Below, piece by piece: positions 12,301-24,629 of a stretch of 64,000 bases of DNA. How positions within the stretch are numbered: the stretch's first letter is position 1; the number at the start of each line of letters is the position of its first letter. Position numbers and translations under genes: made by a program. The DNA is from Psammoneis japonica (lineage: Eukaryota): positions 1 through 64,000 of the forward strand of contig QPGO01000019.1 of the NCBI GenBank assembly GCA_008632985.1. The letters are read 5' to 3'. The notes beneath the pieces are model-generated. The model saw only the letters and a list, made by a program, of their open reading frames with translations. It did not search any database and had not been told where the DNA came from.

Positions 12301-14908
12301 CGACGGCCGGGGTGTCGGCACAAACGGTGTCAGTGGCGACAGGCTCATTGCGGCGGTGCACATCAAGGGCGGGGTTGGGTGATTTGCAGGCCTTCCTAAG
12401 GTGTGCACCGGCGGGCATGCGGACGCACTGCGTGGTGCAGTCAAAAGTGCGACGGACCACATCGGCAGGTGGGAAGCCAAAGTGAGGCCAAAGAGACTCG
12501 AAGGGGGGGTCCTTGGGCTGCACAGTGCGCTCCGGCGGCGGAACGTCGTCGTCCTTGGGGTCAATTGCGTGTAGATGACACTCGTAGAACACGTCGTTGT
12601 TCGGAATGAGATGATCATTGAGGGCGGACGCGTGATCGGCAGACAAGGAAGCGGACATGATGGTCTCATTGACAACGACACGATGACGGCAGTTGCCGCA
12701 TTCGTCAAATGGGTTGGCAGTGGGATCGTCCTGCAGGTCAGAGATCGCATCGCACCACTGGTCGTCGTCAGTGACAGAGTGATCGAGGACGGAAGGATCC
12801 CATGTGTCATCACTGGTGAGGATGACATGGGGCAGGGTGTCCCATTCGGCATCAGTGCAAGGTCGCATGGCAACACAAGGCAGGCCGCCCTTGATGTCAA
12901 TGGGGATGACATGGCCATCAGGAGTGGCAATGCATTGCAAGCCATTGGGCACCTTGACAGAGCGATCGTTGTCATCCTGTTTGTGCCATTCGAGCTGGCC
13001 GCAGGAATGAATGGTCTTGCCCTTTCCCGTGCATGCGCACTGATGGAGGATGGCGATGACGGGACCACGCTGGGTCTCAATGACGGCGCCAGCGGTGACA
13101 ATGGGGATGTCCACCAATTGGTGGTCGTCAATGCCCTGAACGTCGACTTGGCGAGAGGTGTGTGCAATGACACAAACGTCGTCGCCAGCAATGCCGCCGT
13201 TGGCCCCACGATCGACCAGAGCACCAGTGCGTGTGGAGCGATGAGCAGAGGCAGAGCAAAAGACATTGTGGTCATTGACGCGGCGGTGAGTGCGGCCGCC
13301 AAGTTCTGTGTCATTGGCAGAAGCTGGCGGGGTAGAGGGAGCGGCGGATGGCCCCGGTTGACCAGCGTTGGGGGCTTGGTTAGGAGACAACAGACGTCGC
13401 AGATCACCGGGTGGCAGTGGCTTGCGCTTGGTGAGGTGCGCCAGGATGGGATTGTCCGAAGTGGCATCCACATTTGGAGCGGAGTCACCAGAGTCAGCAG
13501 GAGTCGTGTTGGACAAGTTGACATCACCGTCGCTCCCAAGGCGTTGGTCGTGAAGGTTGGCCGTAATGGACTCATGGCAGTTGCTGGCTCGCGGGTTGCG
13601 GGGAGGCGGACGAGAATGCCCAAGGATGATCGCCTTGGAGGAATGGGGCAACGAATCCCAAATCCGTTGGTGGTCGGGAGGGAGACGTTTCCATTGGTCA
13701 CCAGTGAGGCTGGGACCACGGGCGCAGGCAGCATTGGCCTGAAGGACGTCAATGTCACTGTCAATGTCGTAGAACACATCGTCGGACGGTTCCTCGGAGT
13801 GGACGTCGTGTGCGTGTGTGGCACGTCGGGGAGCTCGAGGTGTCGTCTTGGGTTGAAACGCACTGTCATGTTGAGCTGCCACGGAGAGGAGCAAGCCACA
13901 GTGTTGATCGCATGTGAGGCTCTTGCCACTCTGCGCACGATGCTGATCAGCTTGGTTCTTGACAGCACGGAGTTCCTCGACAGGGTGTGCGGCATTCTCG
14001 AGCATGACGCGCTTCTGTCCTTCAGAGAAGTGGTCACTGGCCGGGATGAGTGCCTCGCACTTGCGCAACTGATCTTGCCAATGAAGGATGAACCCGTGGG
14101 TCGGACCTTTCCAAGTGCCATCACCAAGACGTGCGGTGGCAAGGTGCATGAGCAAGGTGGAGGACTCAACAGATGCGCGGGTGGAGGCGAGCGCATGCTC
14201 AGACAAGGCGCGGCAGACGGTCTGGGCGTCAGAAGACCCCACATTTTCGCGAATGAGAGCCTTGCCCTTGTCGGTGAGAAGGATGCGTTCGAAGACGGCG
14301 AACATGTGCTTTTGCTGTTCAGCAAAGAGCAGTTTGTCTTCGGGGCTGGTCGGTTTGTACGACGAGTCTAGAATGCACTCGACGTCTTGGGCACGGGCTT
14401 GTGCCACAAGTGAGGTGTGCCAAGTGTGCCACTGCTTGTCGGATTTGAGAGCCGTGAAAGCGGTGGGGTCATGCTTGATGCCTCGCTTGAAGTCTCGTGC
14501 CGGGTCGCGTGCCTTGGTCGGGTTGGTGACATGCGGAGGTGCGAGGGGTGAGCTGCCGACGGACACAGAAGACATGCAGTCGGGGCTGAGGCGGCAGGCA
14601 AGGAACTCGTCATGCGTGAACAACGAGGAGTCATTGGCAACGTCAAGACCTTCGTGTGCTTTGACAATGTACAGACTGACTAGAGCTGCTAACATGTTCT
14701 CATAACCGTGGGGCAAAGGGATCACATCAGTGCCGTTGTCGCAATCAAGCGAGTCGATTTGGGACGGCATGAACGTGAACAGTTCTTGATGCGAGTCCGT
14801 GCCGTCTTGGGCCAAAGCCAAACGAAGAGGGCTCCCAGCACCTTGGGCAAGCACGGTTCCAACAACGTGCTCGAAACCATCGGTTTGTTGCTGACGAGTG
14901 AGAACCAT
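9257..14908 (-). pseudogene. Copia gag-pol, copy 2: one reading frame with two premature TGA stops
   Basis: ORFs 11705-14938, 9971-11569 and 9257-9901 share a frame. Both stops (11705, 9971) are TGA where copy 1 encodes Arg, consistent with CGA->TGA. Confidence 0.93.
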
Positions 14909-15847
14909 GGCAGACAAAAGTGGTGTCAGGACAAGCAATTCTTGTTGGGAAGCGAAGGTGGACTTGAAACTTGGGTGAGAACAGACTTGACTTGAAACAG
15001 ACTTGACTTGAAATCTTGAACTACCTTAAAATCAGAAGTCGCCCGGCTGTGCTGTCCCATTCGTTGTCAAGTGCCAAACTTCCCATCCAGTCGGCAGAGT
15101 TGTGCCGGCACGTCCGAACCCGCAGCTGGTGGCACTTTGGGTTGCTTGCGAGCAGAGCAGCGGGTTGCAAACCCCTGCAGGTGAGCTGACCAGAGGTGGA
15201 CAAGACCCCCGAACCGTTCTCACTTTATGTCGGTTGGATTTCCCGATCAGGCTGGCCAGTTGACGCAGGCGTCAGGCGCTGTGGACGAACGAACAAACGC
15301 GGGAAAACACCCTCGCCCCAACGCAGGCTGCAATCACGGCTGCTTGCTCTCACAGTCATCCTCGTGGACCTGGTGGAACTGCAAAGCACCAGCAGTCCGG
15401 GGTAGATCAGGTGCAATGGACTCGGTGTGCTTGCAGAGTGGTGGCAAAACTGCAGTCCAAAAGAGTGGGTGCAAGTTCTTGGCCGTGAAGATGTGCACAT
15501 GTGCACATGTCTTCAGCGACGAAGATCCTTGAATGTGTGGGGGTTCTTGACCGTCAACCGATGAACGGGTGTGTCAAGGGATGACGATCAAGGACAGACT
15601 TGGATGTGACCGTTGATGCATGTCTTCAGCGATCAAAGGTGGCACAATCAATCCAGATGTCCAGCGGCAAGGAGACTTGACGGTGACGTTAAATTCCTGC
15701 CGATGCCTGGCATTGAACGCACGCAGACTTGCCGATGTATGTAGAGTGCACACGGAGGTCCACACAGAATTGAAACAGCGTCGTCAGCAAATCAACGACG
15801 ACGATGGCGGTTGCTCAATGGGTTGACAATGAGCAAGACTGTCAATC

Positions 15848-16123
15848 TGACAGAAATTGAAGGCAAATGGCAAGAATTCAAACAACAACTCCTTGCTGCT
15901 GTCTAAACAGCAGATGAGTCTCCGCTCAGAGACCGTCACAGGAGCCGAAAGACGTGTGAGTCGGTGCAATCGGGCCACTGTTGTCATTCTTGTGAGCCTT
16001 GTGGCTCGAAAGCAAACTGCGTCGTGCGCGAATGCGCGGAACTAAAGCACACAAAACTGTGCGCGGTGAACTGAACAGCGCGCGACATTTCGCGTGCACC
16101 CAAATCCTGTTCAAATCCTGTCA
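15848..16123 (-). repeat. 5' LTR of copia copy 2
   Basis: Matches 9034-9309; followed on the minus strand by the PBS variant GATTGACAGTCTTG. Confidence 0.96.
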
Positions 16124-17269
16124 CGATCACCAAAGTTTCGGAGCTGGTGGAGAAGGTTGATTCGTGCCAACAAGCAAAGGAGCTGGCAACTCAAATTGAT
16201 GCCTGCATCATCCTGTTTGCCCATGCAAGAGGGCACATGGTTCACCCTTTGAATCTTGGCAATGGGACATCAGACGACACAAAGGGAATCGCGCTGCTGC
16301 ACTGCGCACCCGACAATTGCAGTTCTTGTCTCTCAATGCTGGACAAAGCTGTTGGGAATGGCTCATCGTGCCTCAGCTTCATCTCCAACTCCAGTTGTTG
16401 CATCAATGCATGCAAGTGCATTTGGGCGGCAATGCATTGCAAGGAATGGATCGAAGATGCCAAGGAATTGGCCAGGTTCATTTGTGCAGTTGACTTGAAT
16501 CCAGTTCTGGTGGAGAAGAAGAGCAAAAACCGACAGCACGATGAGTTTTGCAGGACAGTTGGATGGTCTAAAAAAGAATGGCATTGGTTGGCCGCATTGA
16601 GAATGGAACTGCGGGCAAAGGCAATTTGCCTTCGAGACCGAAAGGGTGGTGCACCACTCATTGCTTGTGGAGCCAACCCACGCAGAGCTCTCCAGTGGAT
16701 GAGCAAGTGTGATGCTGTCAAGATGCCTCACTGTGATTTCGAGACAAACGATGATCATGGCGTACGTTCCGTGCTTCATCCACAAGCATGGTTTGGTGCA
16801 TCCATTTGTGCAGAACTCCACGTGCTTGAGAATGTGTCGCAGAGGGAAATCAACGACTGCAATGCAAACTGTTTTTGTGGGAAGTTTCTTGAGCATCAAC
16901 ACAAGATGAAGAAGGCTGCGCTGTTCTCAAAACGTTTGCAAGCTGTGGGTGCAACCAAAGAGGATGCATGAGAGTGTGAGTTGGAGGCGAAGCTCATCAA
17001 AAGAAGGCAATGTCGGAGCTCATGTAAAAATTCAAAAAAAGCGTTTTGACAAGAAAGAACTCAGCTGCTGGTCAAGAAGCTTGTCAACACATGAGAGAAA
17101 TTTGTTTCAAGACATTGCACAAAGAATGAATTCGAAATGATCACCTCGAGTCGGAGACGTTCCATGGAATGATGCTGCATCAACACGCGTGTCGAATTCT
17201 CAGCGCAGAGTTAGGGGCTGGAACGGGCTTGACTCTTTGTCAACACAGAACGGCAATGAGGCTGTTGTG

Positions 17270-19830
17270 TCATGGAAAGGGTTGGCTCCAAAGACTCGAT
17301 GACATCTGCGCATGCAAGGAAGAGCACGGTGACAGTGAGCCGCCTTGCACTTGGATGCTGCTGTGTCGATTTGTCATCTAAACTCCCTTTTGTTTGCTTG
17401 TTGTGACTCCAGCTGCAATCAGCCACATGAAAGATCCGTCTCTCTACCGATGGATCCAGAAACAATGCAACAAAAAGGAGAATCTAAGCAAAATGAAGCA
17501 TCGAGAACTGGAAAAGCTAAATGGTGATTTGGGCGACTGCTCGCGACAGTGTGACACACCCAAGTCTTTTGAAGAATGACTCGAGGACATTTGTGTGTGC
17601 AAGGAAGAGCATGGTGATGGTGAGCAGAGCCGCTTGCGTGTCTCAATGAATGGAATCTATTTAGAATCTAACTCTTCGTTTGTGTGCTTGTTGTGTGTCT
17701 CGCTCGAGTCATCAAAGCCAAAGACAGGTCTCTCTACGAATGGATCCAGTGTCAATGCAACAACAAGGAGAATCTAAGCGAAGTGAAGCGTCAAGAACTT
17801 GAAAAGCCAACTGGTGATTTGGACAACTGCTCGCCACATCATGACACACCCAAGTCTTTTGAAGAATGACTCGAGGACATTCGTGCACACAAGGAAGAGC
17901 ACGGTGATGGTGAGCAGAGCCGCTTGCGTGTCTTGATGAACAGAATCTATTTGGAATCTAACTTTTCTTTTGTGTGCTTGTTGTGTGTCTAGCTCGAGTC
18001 AGCCAGACAAAAGACAGGTCTCTCTGCGGATGGATCTGGAAACAATGCAACAACAAGGAGAATCTAAGTGAAGTGAAGCGTCAAGAACTGGAAAAGCCAA
18101 CTGGTGATTTGGACGACTGCTCGCGACAGCATGACACACCCAAGTCTTTTGAAGAACGACTTGAGGACATTCATGTGCACAAGGAAGAGCACGGTGATGG
18201 TGAGCAGAGCTGCTTGCGTGTCTCAATGAATGGAATCTATTTAGAATCTAACTCTTCTTTTGTGTGCTTGTTGTGTGTCTGGCTCGAGTCAGCCAGACAA
18301 AAGACAGGTCTCTCTGTGGACGGATCCGGAAACAATGCAACAACAAGGAGAATCTAAGCGAAGTGAAGCGTCGAGAACTGGAAAAGCCAGTTGGTGATTT
18401 GGACGACTGCTCGCGACAGTGCGACACACCCAAGTCTTTTGAAGAATGACTCGAGGACATTCGTGCACACAAGGAAGAGCACGGTGATGGTGAGCAGAGC
18501 CGCTTGTGTGTCTCAATGAACAGAATCCATTTAGAATCTAACTCTTCTTTTGTGTGCTTGTTGTGTGTCTAGCTCGAGTCAGCCAGACAAAAGACAGGTC
18601 TCTCTGTGAATGGATCCGGCATCAATGCAACAACAAGGAGAATCTAAGCAAAGTGAAGCATTGAGAACTGGAAAAGCCAGTTGGTGATTTGGACGACTGC
18701 TCGCGACAGTGTGACACACCCAAGTCTTTTGAAGAACAACTCGAGGACATTCGTGTGTGCAAGGAAGAGCACGGTGATGGTGAGTGGAGCCGCTTGCGTG
18801 TCTCAATGAACAGAATCTATTTAGAATCTAACTCTTCTTTTGTGTGCTTGTTGTGTGTCTGGCTTGAATCATCCAGACAAAAGACAGGTCTCTCTGTGAA
18901 TGGATCCGGCATCAATGCAACAACAAGGAGAATCCAAGCAAAGTGAGGTGTTGAGAACTGGAAAAGCCAGTTGGTGATTTGGATGACTGCTCGCGACAGT
19001 GTGACACACCCAAGTCTTTTGAAGAACGACTCGAGGACATTCGTGCATGCAAGGAAGAGCATGGTGATGGTGAGCAGAGCCACTTGCGTGTCTCGATGAA
19101 CAGAATCTATTTAGAATCTAACTCTTCTTTTGTGTGCTTGTTGTGTGTCTAGCTTGAGTCAGCCAGACAAAAGACAGGTCTCTCTGTGGATGGATCTGGT
19201 GTCAATTTCAAGACAAGGAGAATCTTGGTGAAGAAAAGCGTCAAAAACTGGAAGAACTCATTGGTGATTTGGGCGACTGCCAGTGCTTCACATGCAACTC
19301 TTTTGAAGAACGACTCAAAGACATCCACGCATGCAAGGAAGAGCATGGCGGCAGTGAGTCGAGGCTTTTTTGTCTCTTGTTTTACAGAATCTATTTAGAA
19401 TCTAACTTTTCTTTTGTTTGCTTGTTGTGTGTCTAGCTCGAGTCAGTGAAGCCAAAGACAGGTCTCTCTACGAATGGATTCGGCATCAAGTTCAAGACAA
19501 GGACAACCTCAGTGAAGAAAAGCATTGAAAACCAGAAGAGCTGGTTGGTGATTTGGGTCACTGGTTGCGACAGCGTGAGTCACCCAAGTCTTTTAAAGAA
19601 TGACTGCAGGACATTCGTGCATGCAAGGAAGAGCACGGTGGTGGTGAGCAGAGCCGCTCACGTGTCTTGTTGAATGGAATCTGTTTAGAATCCAACTCTT
19701 TTTTTGTTTGCTTGTTGTGTGTCTAGCCATGGTCAGCTGCACGAAAGATCCGTCTCTCTACAAATGGATCCGGCGTCAACTTCGAGACAAGAAAAATCTA
19801 AACAAAAAACAGCGTCGAGAACCACAGGGA
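17270..19830 (+). repeat. Nine tandem ~290-bp units (83-bp intron + 207-bp exon) encoding helicase-associated (HA, PF03457-like) domains; pseudogenised
   Basis: AAGGAAGAGC at ~17316, 17601, 17891, 18181, 18471, 18761, 19051, ~19335, ~19625. Example intron 17910-17992 is GTGAG...CTAAC...TAG. Inferred spliced unit: FEERLEDIRAxKEEHGD/ARVSQTKDRSLxxWIxxQxNNKENLSEVKRxELEK. Confidence 0.85.
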
Positions 19831-20104
19831 CTCATTGGCAACTCGGAAGCCCAGCCCAGCTTGCCTCAGCCTCCTCCTCCTCCGCTTCCAGTCTGCACTC
19901 AGCTCCCAGGTCATGTGATTGCAGCACACCCGCGCTTGCTTCCGCCTCCTTTGCACCTCTCAGCGATTGCCGGTTCTCCACCCATTGTTCTTCCTTCTGC
20001 TTCCGCCCCTTCACTCGTTCTTGCTCTTAATCCCGCCATGAAGACAGCTGTTCAGCCCCAACAGCCTGTGCAGGTTGTGCATTCCTCCAACCCAGGGTTT
20101 GCAT

Positions 20105-20250
20105 GCCCTCCGCCACCACCACAAGTGCACCCGCTGCTGCCGCAAGTGCATCCGCCGCCACCACAAGTGTGTCCGCCGCCGCCACAAGTGCACCCGCCGC
20201 CACCGCAAGTGTGTCCACCACTGCATGTGTGTCCGCCACTGCAAGTGCAC
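20105..20250 (+). repeat. 21-bp minisatellite encoding PPPPQV(H/C)
   Basis: CCGCCGCCACCACAAGTG-NNN units. Confidence 0.8.
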
Positions 20251-20971
20251 TGTCACCCCTCCTCTTGGGGGGAAAGGAGGGAAAAGCATTGTACAGCAGG
20301 AAGAGAGGGTTGTGAAAATGTCAGACTTTTGTGACTGGCGACAGCTCCGTAGAAGTGATGCCAGCATGTCGCGTAGAAATGAGAAACGAACATCCTGTTT
20401 TTTTGACAGACTGCGGCTGGCGTCGCTTTGCTCGCACGACTTCTTGCGGTGATCTGATTCTAGAGACAGGTGATCAGTGGGGATGGGAGGACTTTGCTGG
20501 CGCAGTTGGTCCCTTTCCATTCCCAAGCTGGAACAGCATGGCCAGAGGGAGGGAGAGGTGGGAGCGCTTTTAGACTGTCCACTCGGCTTGCTGCCAAAGC
20601 TCTTCAGAAGAATGAGCAACAGCAGCTTGCTTCCAAATGCCAACTTGAATGTGTTCAATGTGGCAGATGCGGGGGGTGATTTCCCGGTGCGTCATCAATG
20701 GGCAATGAGGTCATCTCCCCTTGTTGGTCTTTACGAGGCCAGCGACTGGCGTCGCTTTGCTCGCACGACTTCTTGTGGTGATCTGATTCTAGAGACAGGC
20801 AATTGGCAGGGATGGGAGGACTTTGCTGGCACAGTTGGTCCCTTTCCATTCCCAAGCTGGAATGGTGTGGCCGTTCCGGCGCCACCCACGCACACTGGTG
20901 CAGGTGGTGGCGGTGCAATTGGGTGGGTGGGTGGGCCCGGCTGGAAGGCTGAGGCGCGGCCTGTGATGGAA

Positions 20972-22127
20972 TCACTGGTCGGCGGCAGCAAGGGGCACGT
21001 CGGCATTGGGGTGTAGGACAAATTGGCCGCCCGCCAACATGCAGGTTGCGAAATTGCACATGACGGGTTCTGCTTGTAAGTGGAGGTAACGGAGCATCTC
21101 GTCGGAGTGCCATCGGCCTAAGAGGCGGATCACGTCAGTGTCAACATGGGCACATAGGAGGGCCATGGCACCAGCCGTGCGCAAACAGCGAGCGGAGACA
21201 TCGGCGGGTGTGAAACCCAGCGTAGCGGGGCCGATTGCCAGAATTGCAGCACGCAGGATGCTGGTGATGTCGGCGGGAGAGACACGGCACCAGGTGTTGT
21301 CATGCAAGCACACACCAAGGGGCATGTCTGGTGTGGCACCAAAGGTGCGGAGATGTTTCACGCGACGGATGAGGGCGCGTGTCGGACAGAGGTCAGGGTG
21401 TCCGGATGGGCCAAGACCTGTCACTTCACCATGCACGCCATTCTTCTGTGTGGCAAAAAGTGAGCGTGCCAAAGGTGGCGGTGTCGAGGTGTTCATCGAT
21501 GCAGGTAAACAAATCGAGGCAAGCACCTCCCGCGGAGAGGCGAACGTCCCCCAACCGAAATGGAGTGGTGTCGGAAGGGGTGGCGGTGCATTCGCCTGGC
21601 CGCAGGAGGAAGAAAAAGGCCAAAGCAGTCATGTCTGTGATGGCTTGGGTGCCCGGATGGTTGGTCAGGGAAGCGGCATGGGCAATCCACAAGAGGACAG
21701 CGACGGGGACCGGTTTGACCCGGTCTGGCGGAGGATCCTCTTTCTTGTAGAAACGGATTTGGCAGCCAACGCTGAAATCCATGTTGCCTTGGAGTGTGTG
21801 CCGCGGGTCCAGGGACCCCATTGCAGCAAACGTTTGGCCAATTGACCGTAAGGCACCCTCAGCGGTGCGTGCGCGGACGGGATTGCCACGTGGGGCGATG
21901 GCACCTGTACGGAATCGGTGCACAAAAACTTGGAAAAAGATGACTGGGTCGTTGACGTCTTGCAAGAGAGGGTCGAGGGCCAAGTCGTTACAGAAACTTC
22001 GCCAGAGGTCCCAGTGGGCATTGCTGGAGCTGGCGGAAGAAGCGGCAACGCCGTGGGCAATGGCGTGTTGCACAGCGCCGAGATCACCTAGGAACGCAGC
22101 GCGGGTGGAGGGGTCCAAAGGCGCCAA
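20972..22127 (-). pseudogene. Tyrosine recombinase of the Ngaro element (frameshifted)
   Basis: FFFLLRPGE, SARCLRTAGAMALL and LLGRWHSDEMLRYLH motifs in ORFs 21426-22127 and 20972-21526. Confidence 0.9.
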
Positions 22128-24500
22128 GAGGGAGTCTGTGGGCAGTGAGTGTTAAAATGTTGCAAGAAGGAACAGTCAGACAATTGTTGCAAGCAAGAGG
22201 CGTCATCTGCAGCGGTGTTTGGTGGTCCCGGCAAGCAGTCGTGGAGAGACAGGTGGCAGTGGAAACGTTGGTGGTGACCTTGGTGTCGAAGGAGGGGTGC
22301 TGCGACCTTCGCAGTCGTGGTGGAGCCCTTGTGTTGACGAAAGAGAGTGCCGGTGTTGTCCGCACGGTCAAGCACTGTGCGCTCTCGAACGTCGAAACAG
22401 TCCACCGCTGCACAGGATTGCACAACACTGCCGACCAACTCCAAGTCGGTGTTGGCAATGGGGCCGCGGGGATTCTTAAAAGTGGACAGGCGGTCGGTGA
22501 CTGCTTGAGGGAAATGCATGCACCAGACGATGGGTCCGGCGTCATGTTGTGGTCTCCGACGGCAAGCAGTGGAGTGACGCAGCGTGGTGCTGCGTGCGAC
22601 CACTGACAGCGCAGGGAGAAGGACGCCACCTGCACCATGACCGGCTGCATCATGGCAGCCCGTGACAGTGGGCGACAGGGGGACAAGTTCTTGGATGCGG
22701 GTGGGGCGGAGATCGAGCCCGCAGCACAACAACCGAAAATCGTCCAACATGTCATGAAAGTTGCGGGCAAGACGAACTCGCCCGTCGGGTTTGGTGTGGA
22801 GCAAGGCTTCTTGACGTGTTCCAGCTCTAGGTGGGACCTCGTACTGCTGAACTGTGACACAATTATTTTTTGTCATCCGTGGCATGTTTCGCACGTACAT
22901 TTCTACGTGTTCTGTTGTAAAAAATTGTTCCACACTGCCTGTTTTGCGAAGCCAAAGGCTTTCTGTCATCTGCACTTGTGTCAACAAAAATGCACTGGGC
23001 ACATTCTTTAATGTCTAAAGAACACACCCGGGCATGCTGCAAAGAATGCACTTCAAGTGTGGAGGAGGAGATGCGTTCACAAAATTGCCTCTTTTTCTGT
23101 TGGCGATCATTCATGTGTCCATTGCTTGATGATTTTACTGCGGAGCTCGCACGTAGAATTCTGCGGGCCCAATGTCACAAAAAGTCCCACCTGGGACTGG
23201 AACCCGTCTCTTGGAGTTCGGAGAACAGATTGCGAGACCCGGGAATGCCGGGCGTGAGGGATCGCAGTTCGCCAAGAAGCTTGTGCAGGTCGGTGAGCAC
23301 TGCCCGCTTGCGGTGGCAGGGAAACTCTTTGTGCAGCGTGGTGCGGAGGCGCTCGCAGCGTCGCGGCGTAAGGCAGATGGTCATGGACAAAGTGTCAATG
23401 ATCCACCCTAGGACCTCCTTCTGCATTGACCAAGTGGCGTCGCCTTTGCGGAGCTTTTTGACTGAGATTGGCTCCTTGCGACTCGCGTGATCTCGGTCGT
23501 CGAGTGGACGAAATGCATCGTCAATGGCGTGCATGATTGTGTGATGCACGTTGCGCAGCGATTGTTTGGAGCCTTGGGCGGCGCCGACAAAGTCATCAAC
23601 GTAGACACCGGCGCGGTGGTGCACGAGGTGTGGATCCGGCATGTCTGGCACTGGGACAGCGATGGACGGATTCACGTCAGCTGTCAAGGCAAGGTTCGAG
23701 TGGGTGTTCCGGTGCCCGACGGTTGTGCACGAGCTGGCGATTTGCAATGTCGGCGACTGTCTTGGTCGCCGTGCCAAATGCCAGAGGTGAGTTGGACCAT
23801 CCCATGGGTGACCGAGTTGGCATGGCCACCAGGGGAGGTTCCCCAGGAAGGCGGGAAAAAACCACACCCAGTGTGGGTGCTTGCTCGGGTGCCAGCTGCA
23901 TGCGGCAGAAACCATCCGCTGGGTCAATCTTCATTGGATGGATGCGGCCCTTGTTTGGATTGGCAAGGAGAACGTGCCGAAGGATGCGGTCCAGCGTGCG
24001 CCCGAACTGCATGGATTCCATTGGCACGTTTGGCTGAGCAGAGGGATCAACACCGTAGAACGTGTGATCCACAATCGGTCGTGGTCTGCGTGCGTGTTGT
24101 GGGACAACGCTGACAGGACTCAGCCGTAGATTGGGTTCATTCTTGACGTTGTTGCATGGAACAACCACCCAGAAACCCTTGTCAACACAGTCAGACATGT
24201 CTTCGCACAAAAACTCAATGTGTTTGTAGGCGGACTTGTGTGGTCCTCGAGCGATGCTACCTTGGAGCTCAGCGTTGGACCATGGCTCGTCTGCAACAGT
24301 GACCGGCACCCCTCGACATTTGCAACCGGTGAGCACTCGGTGTGCTGCATGCTGTCGCATTGTCACCAATGGTCCCCAGTCACCTCTGCCACTGCGCAGA
24401 CGTGACAAGCAACTGAGGCCTCTAAGGCGCAACAATTTTGCATCGCGTGTAATTTGCTTGCCTGATTTGTCAGTCAGTGCTGATGCAGCCACATCCTGTC
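22088..24500 (-). pseudogene. Reverse transcriptase / RNase H of the Ngaro element, interrupted by a TIR element
   Basis: LRLSPVSVVPQ..RRPRPIVD, KIDPADGF, GVYVDDFVG, KEVLGWIIDT, RNase H-like DAAGHGAGG. Confidence 0.88.
22813..23208. mobile_element. 396-bp non-autonomous TIR element (MITE), 4-bp TSD TCTT
   Basis: TIR GACG(T/G)GTTCCAG....AGGTGGGAC; TCTT at 22809-22812 and 23209-23212; excision restores LFSELQE-ALLHTK. Confidence 0.92.
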
Positions 24501-24629
24501 CACGTGTTGTGGGGCGGAAGTTCTGTTTTCTAGACTCCACTTGTGGGGGTTGTGGATGCATGGGCTTGTGTGCCCGTGCGGGAAGTGGCTCTTGGTTCCA
24601 TGTCCCCGAGCAGGAACCATTGCCGATGA

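Larger units (their letters stand above)
9034..16123 (-). mobile_element. Ty1/copia LTR retrotransposon, copy 2, full length (7090 bp) with 5-bp TSD CGATC
   Basis: LTRs at 15848-16123 and 9034-9309; CGATC at 9029-9033 and 16124-16128; same family as copy 1. Confidence 0.98.
8173..20334 (+). pseudogene. Decayed multi-exon gene: acidic/basic N-terminal part, region split by copia copy 2, HA-domain array, Pro-rich tail (outer limits approximate)
   Basis: ORF 8425-8874 runs into a GTGAG...TCCAG intron-like segment (~8848-8918). Sequence continues across the CGATC TSD into ORF 16147-16971, then the HA repeats and PPPPQV(H/C) repeats. Linking all parts into one gene is inference. Confidence 0.45.

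Noticed and set aside
12049..14371. Long alternative-frame and antisense ORFs (758 aa, 598 aa) over copia copy 2
   Set aside because: By-product of TpA loss removing TAA/TAG stops; no protein motifs.
1191..16123. Alternative genetic code (TGY/CAY read as Tyr) or ADAR editing as the cause of Tyr loss
   Set aside because: Adjacent genes use TAY normally, changes also hit non-coding DNA, occur on both strands and differ between LTRs of one element.
17270..19830. Regular repeat array as a possible CRISPR or satellite
   Set aside because: Units are whole 290-bp duplicates with splice signals and coding phase, with no unique spacers; eukaryotic context.
22813..23208. MITE as a possible introner (AG|GTGGGA donor and CCACCTAG acceptor within the TIRs would leave 36 nt in frame)
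   Set aside because: The second copy lacks the acceptor AG, there is no clear branch point or pyrimidine tract, and no transcript evidence; left as speculation.
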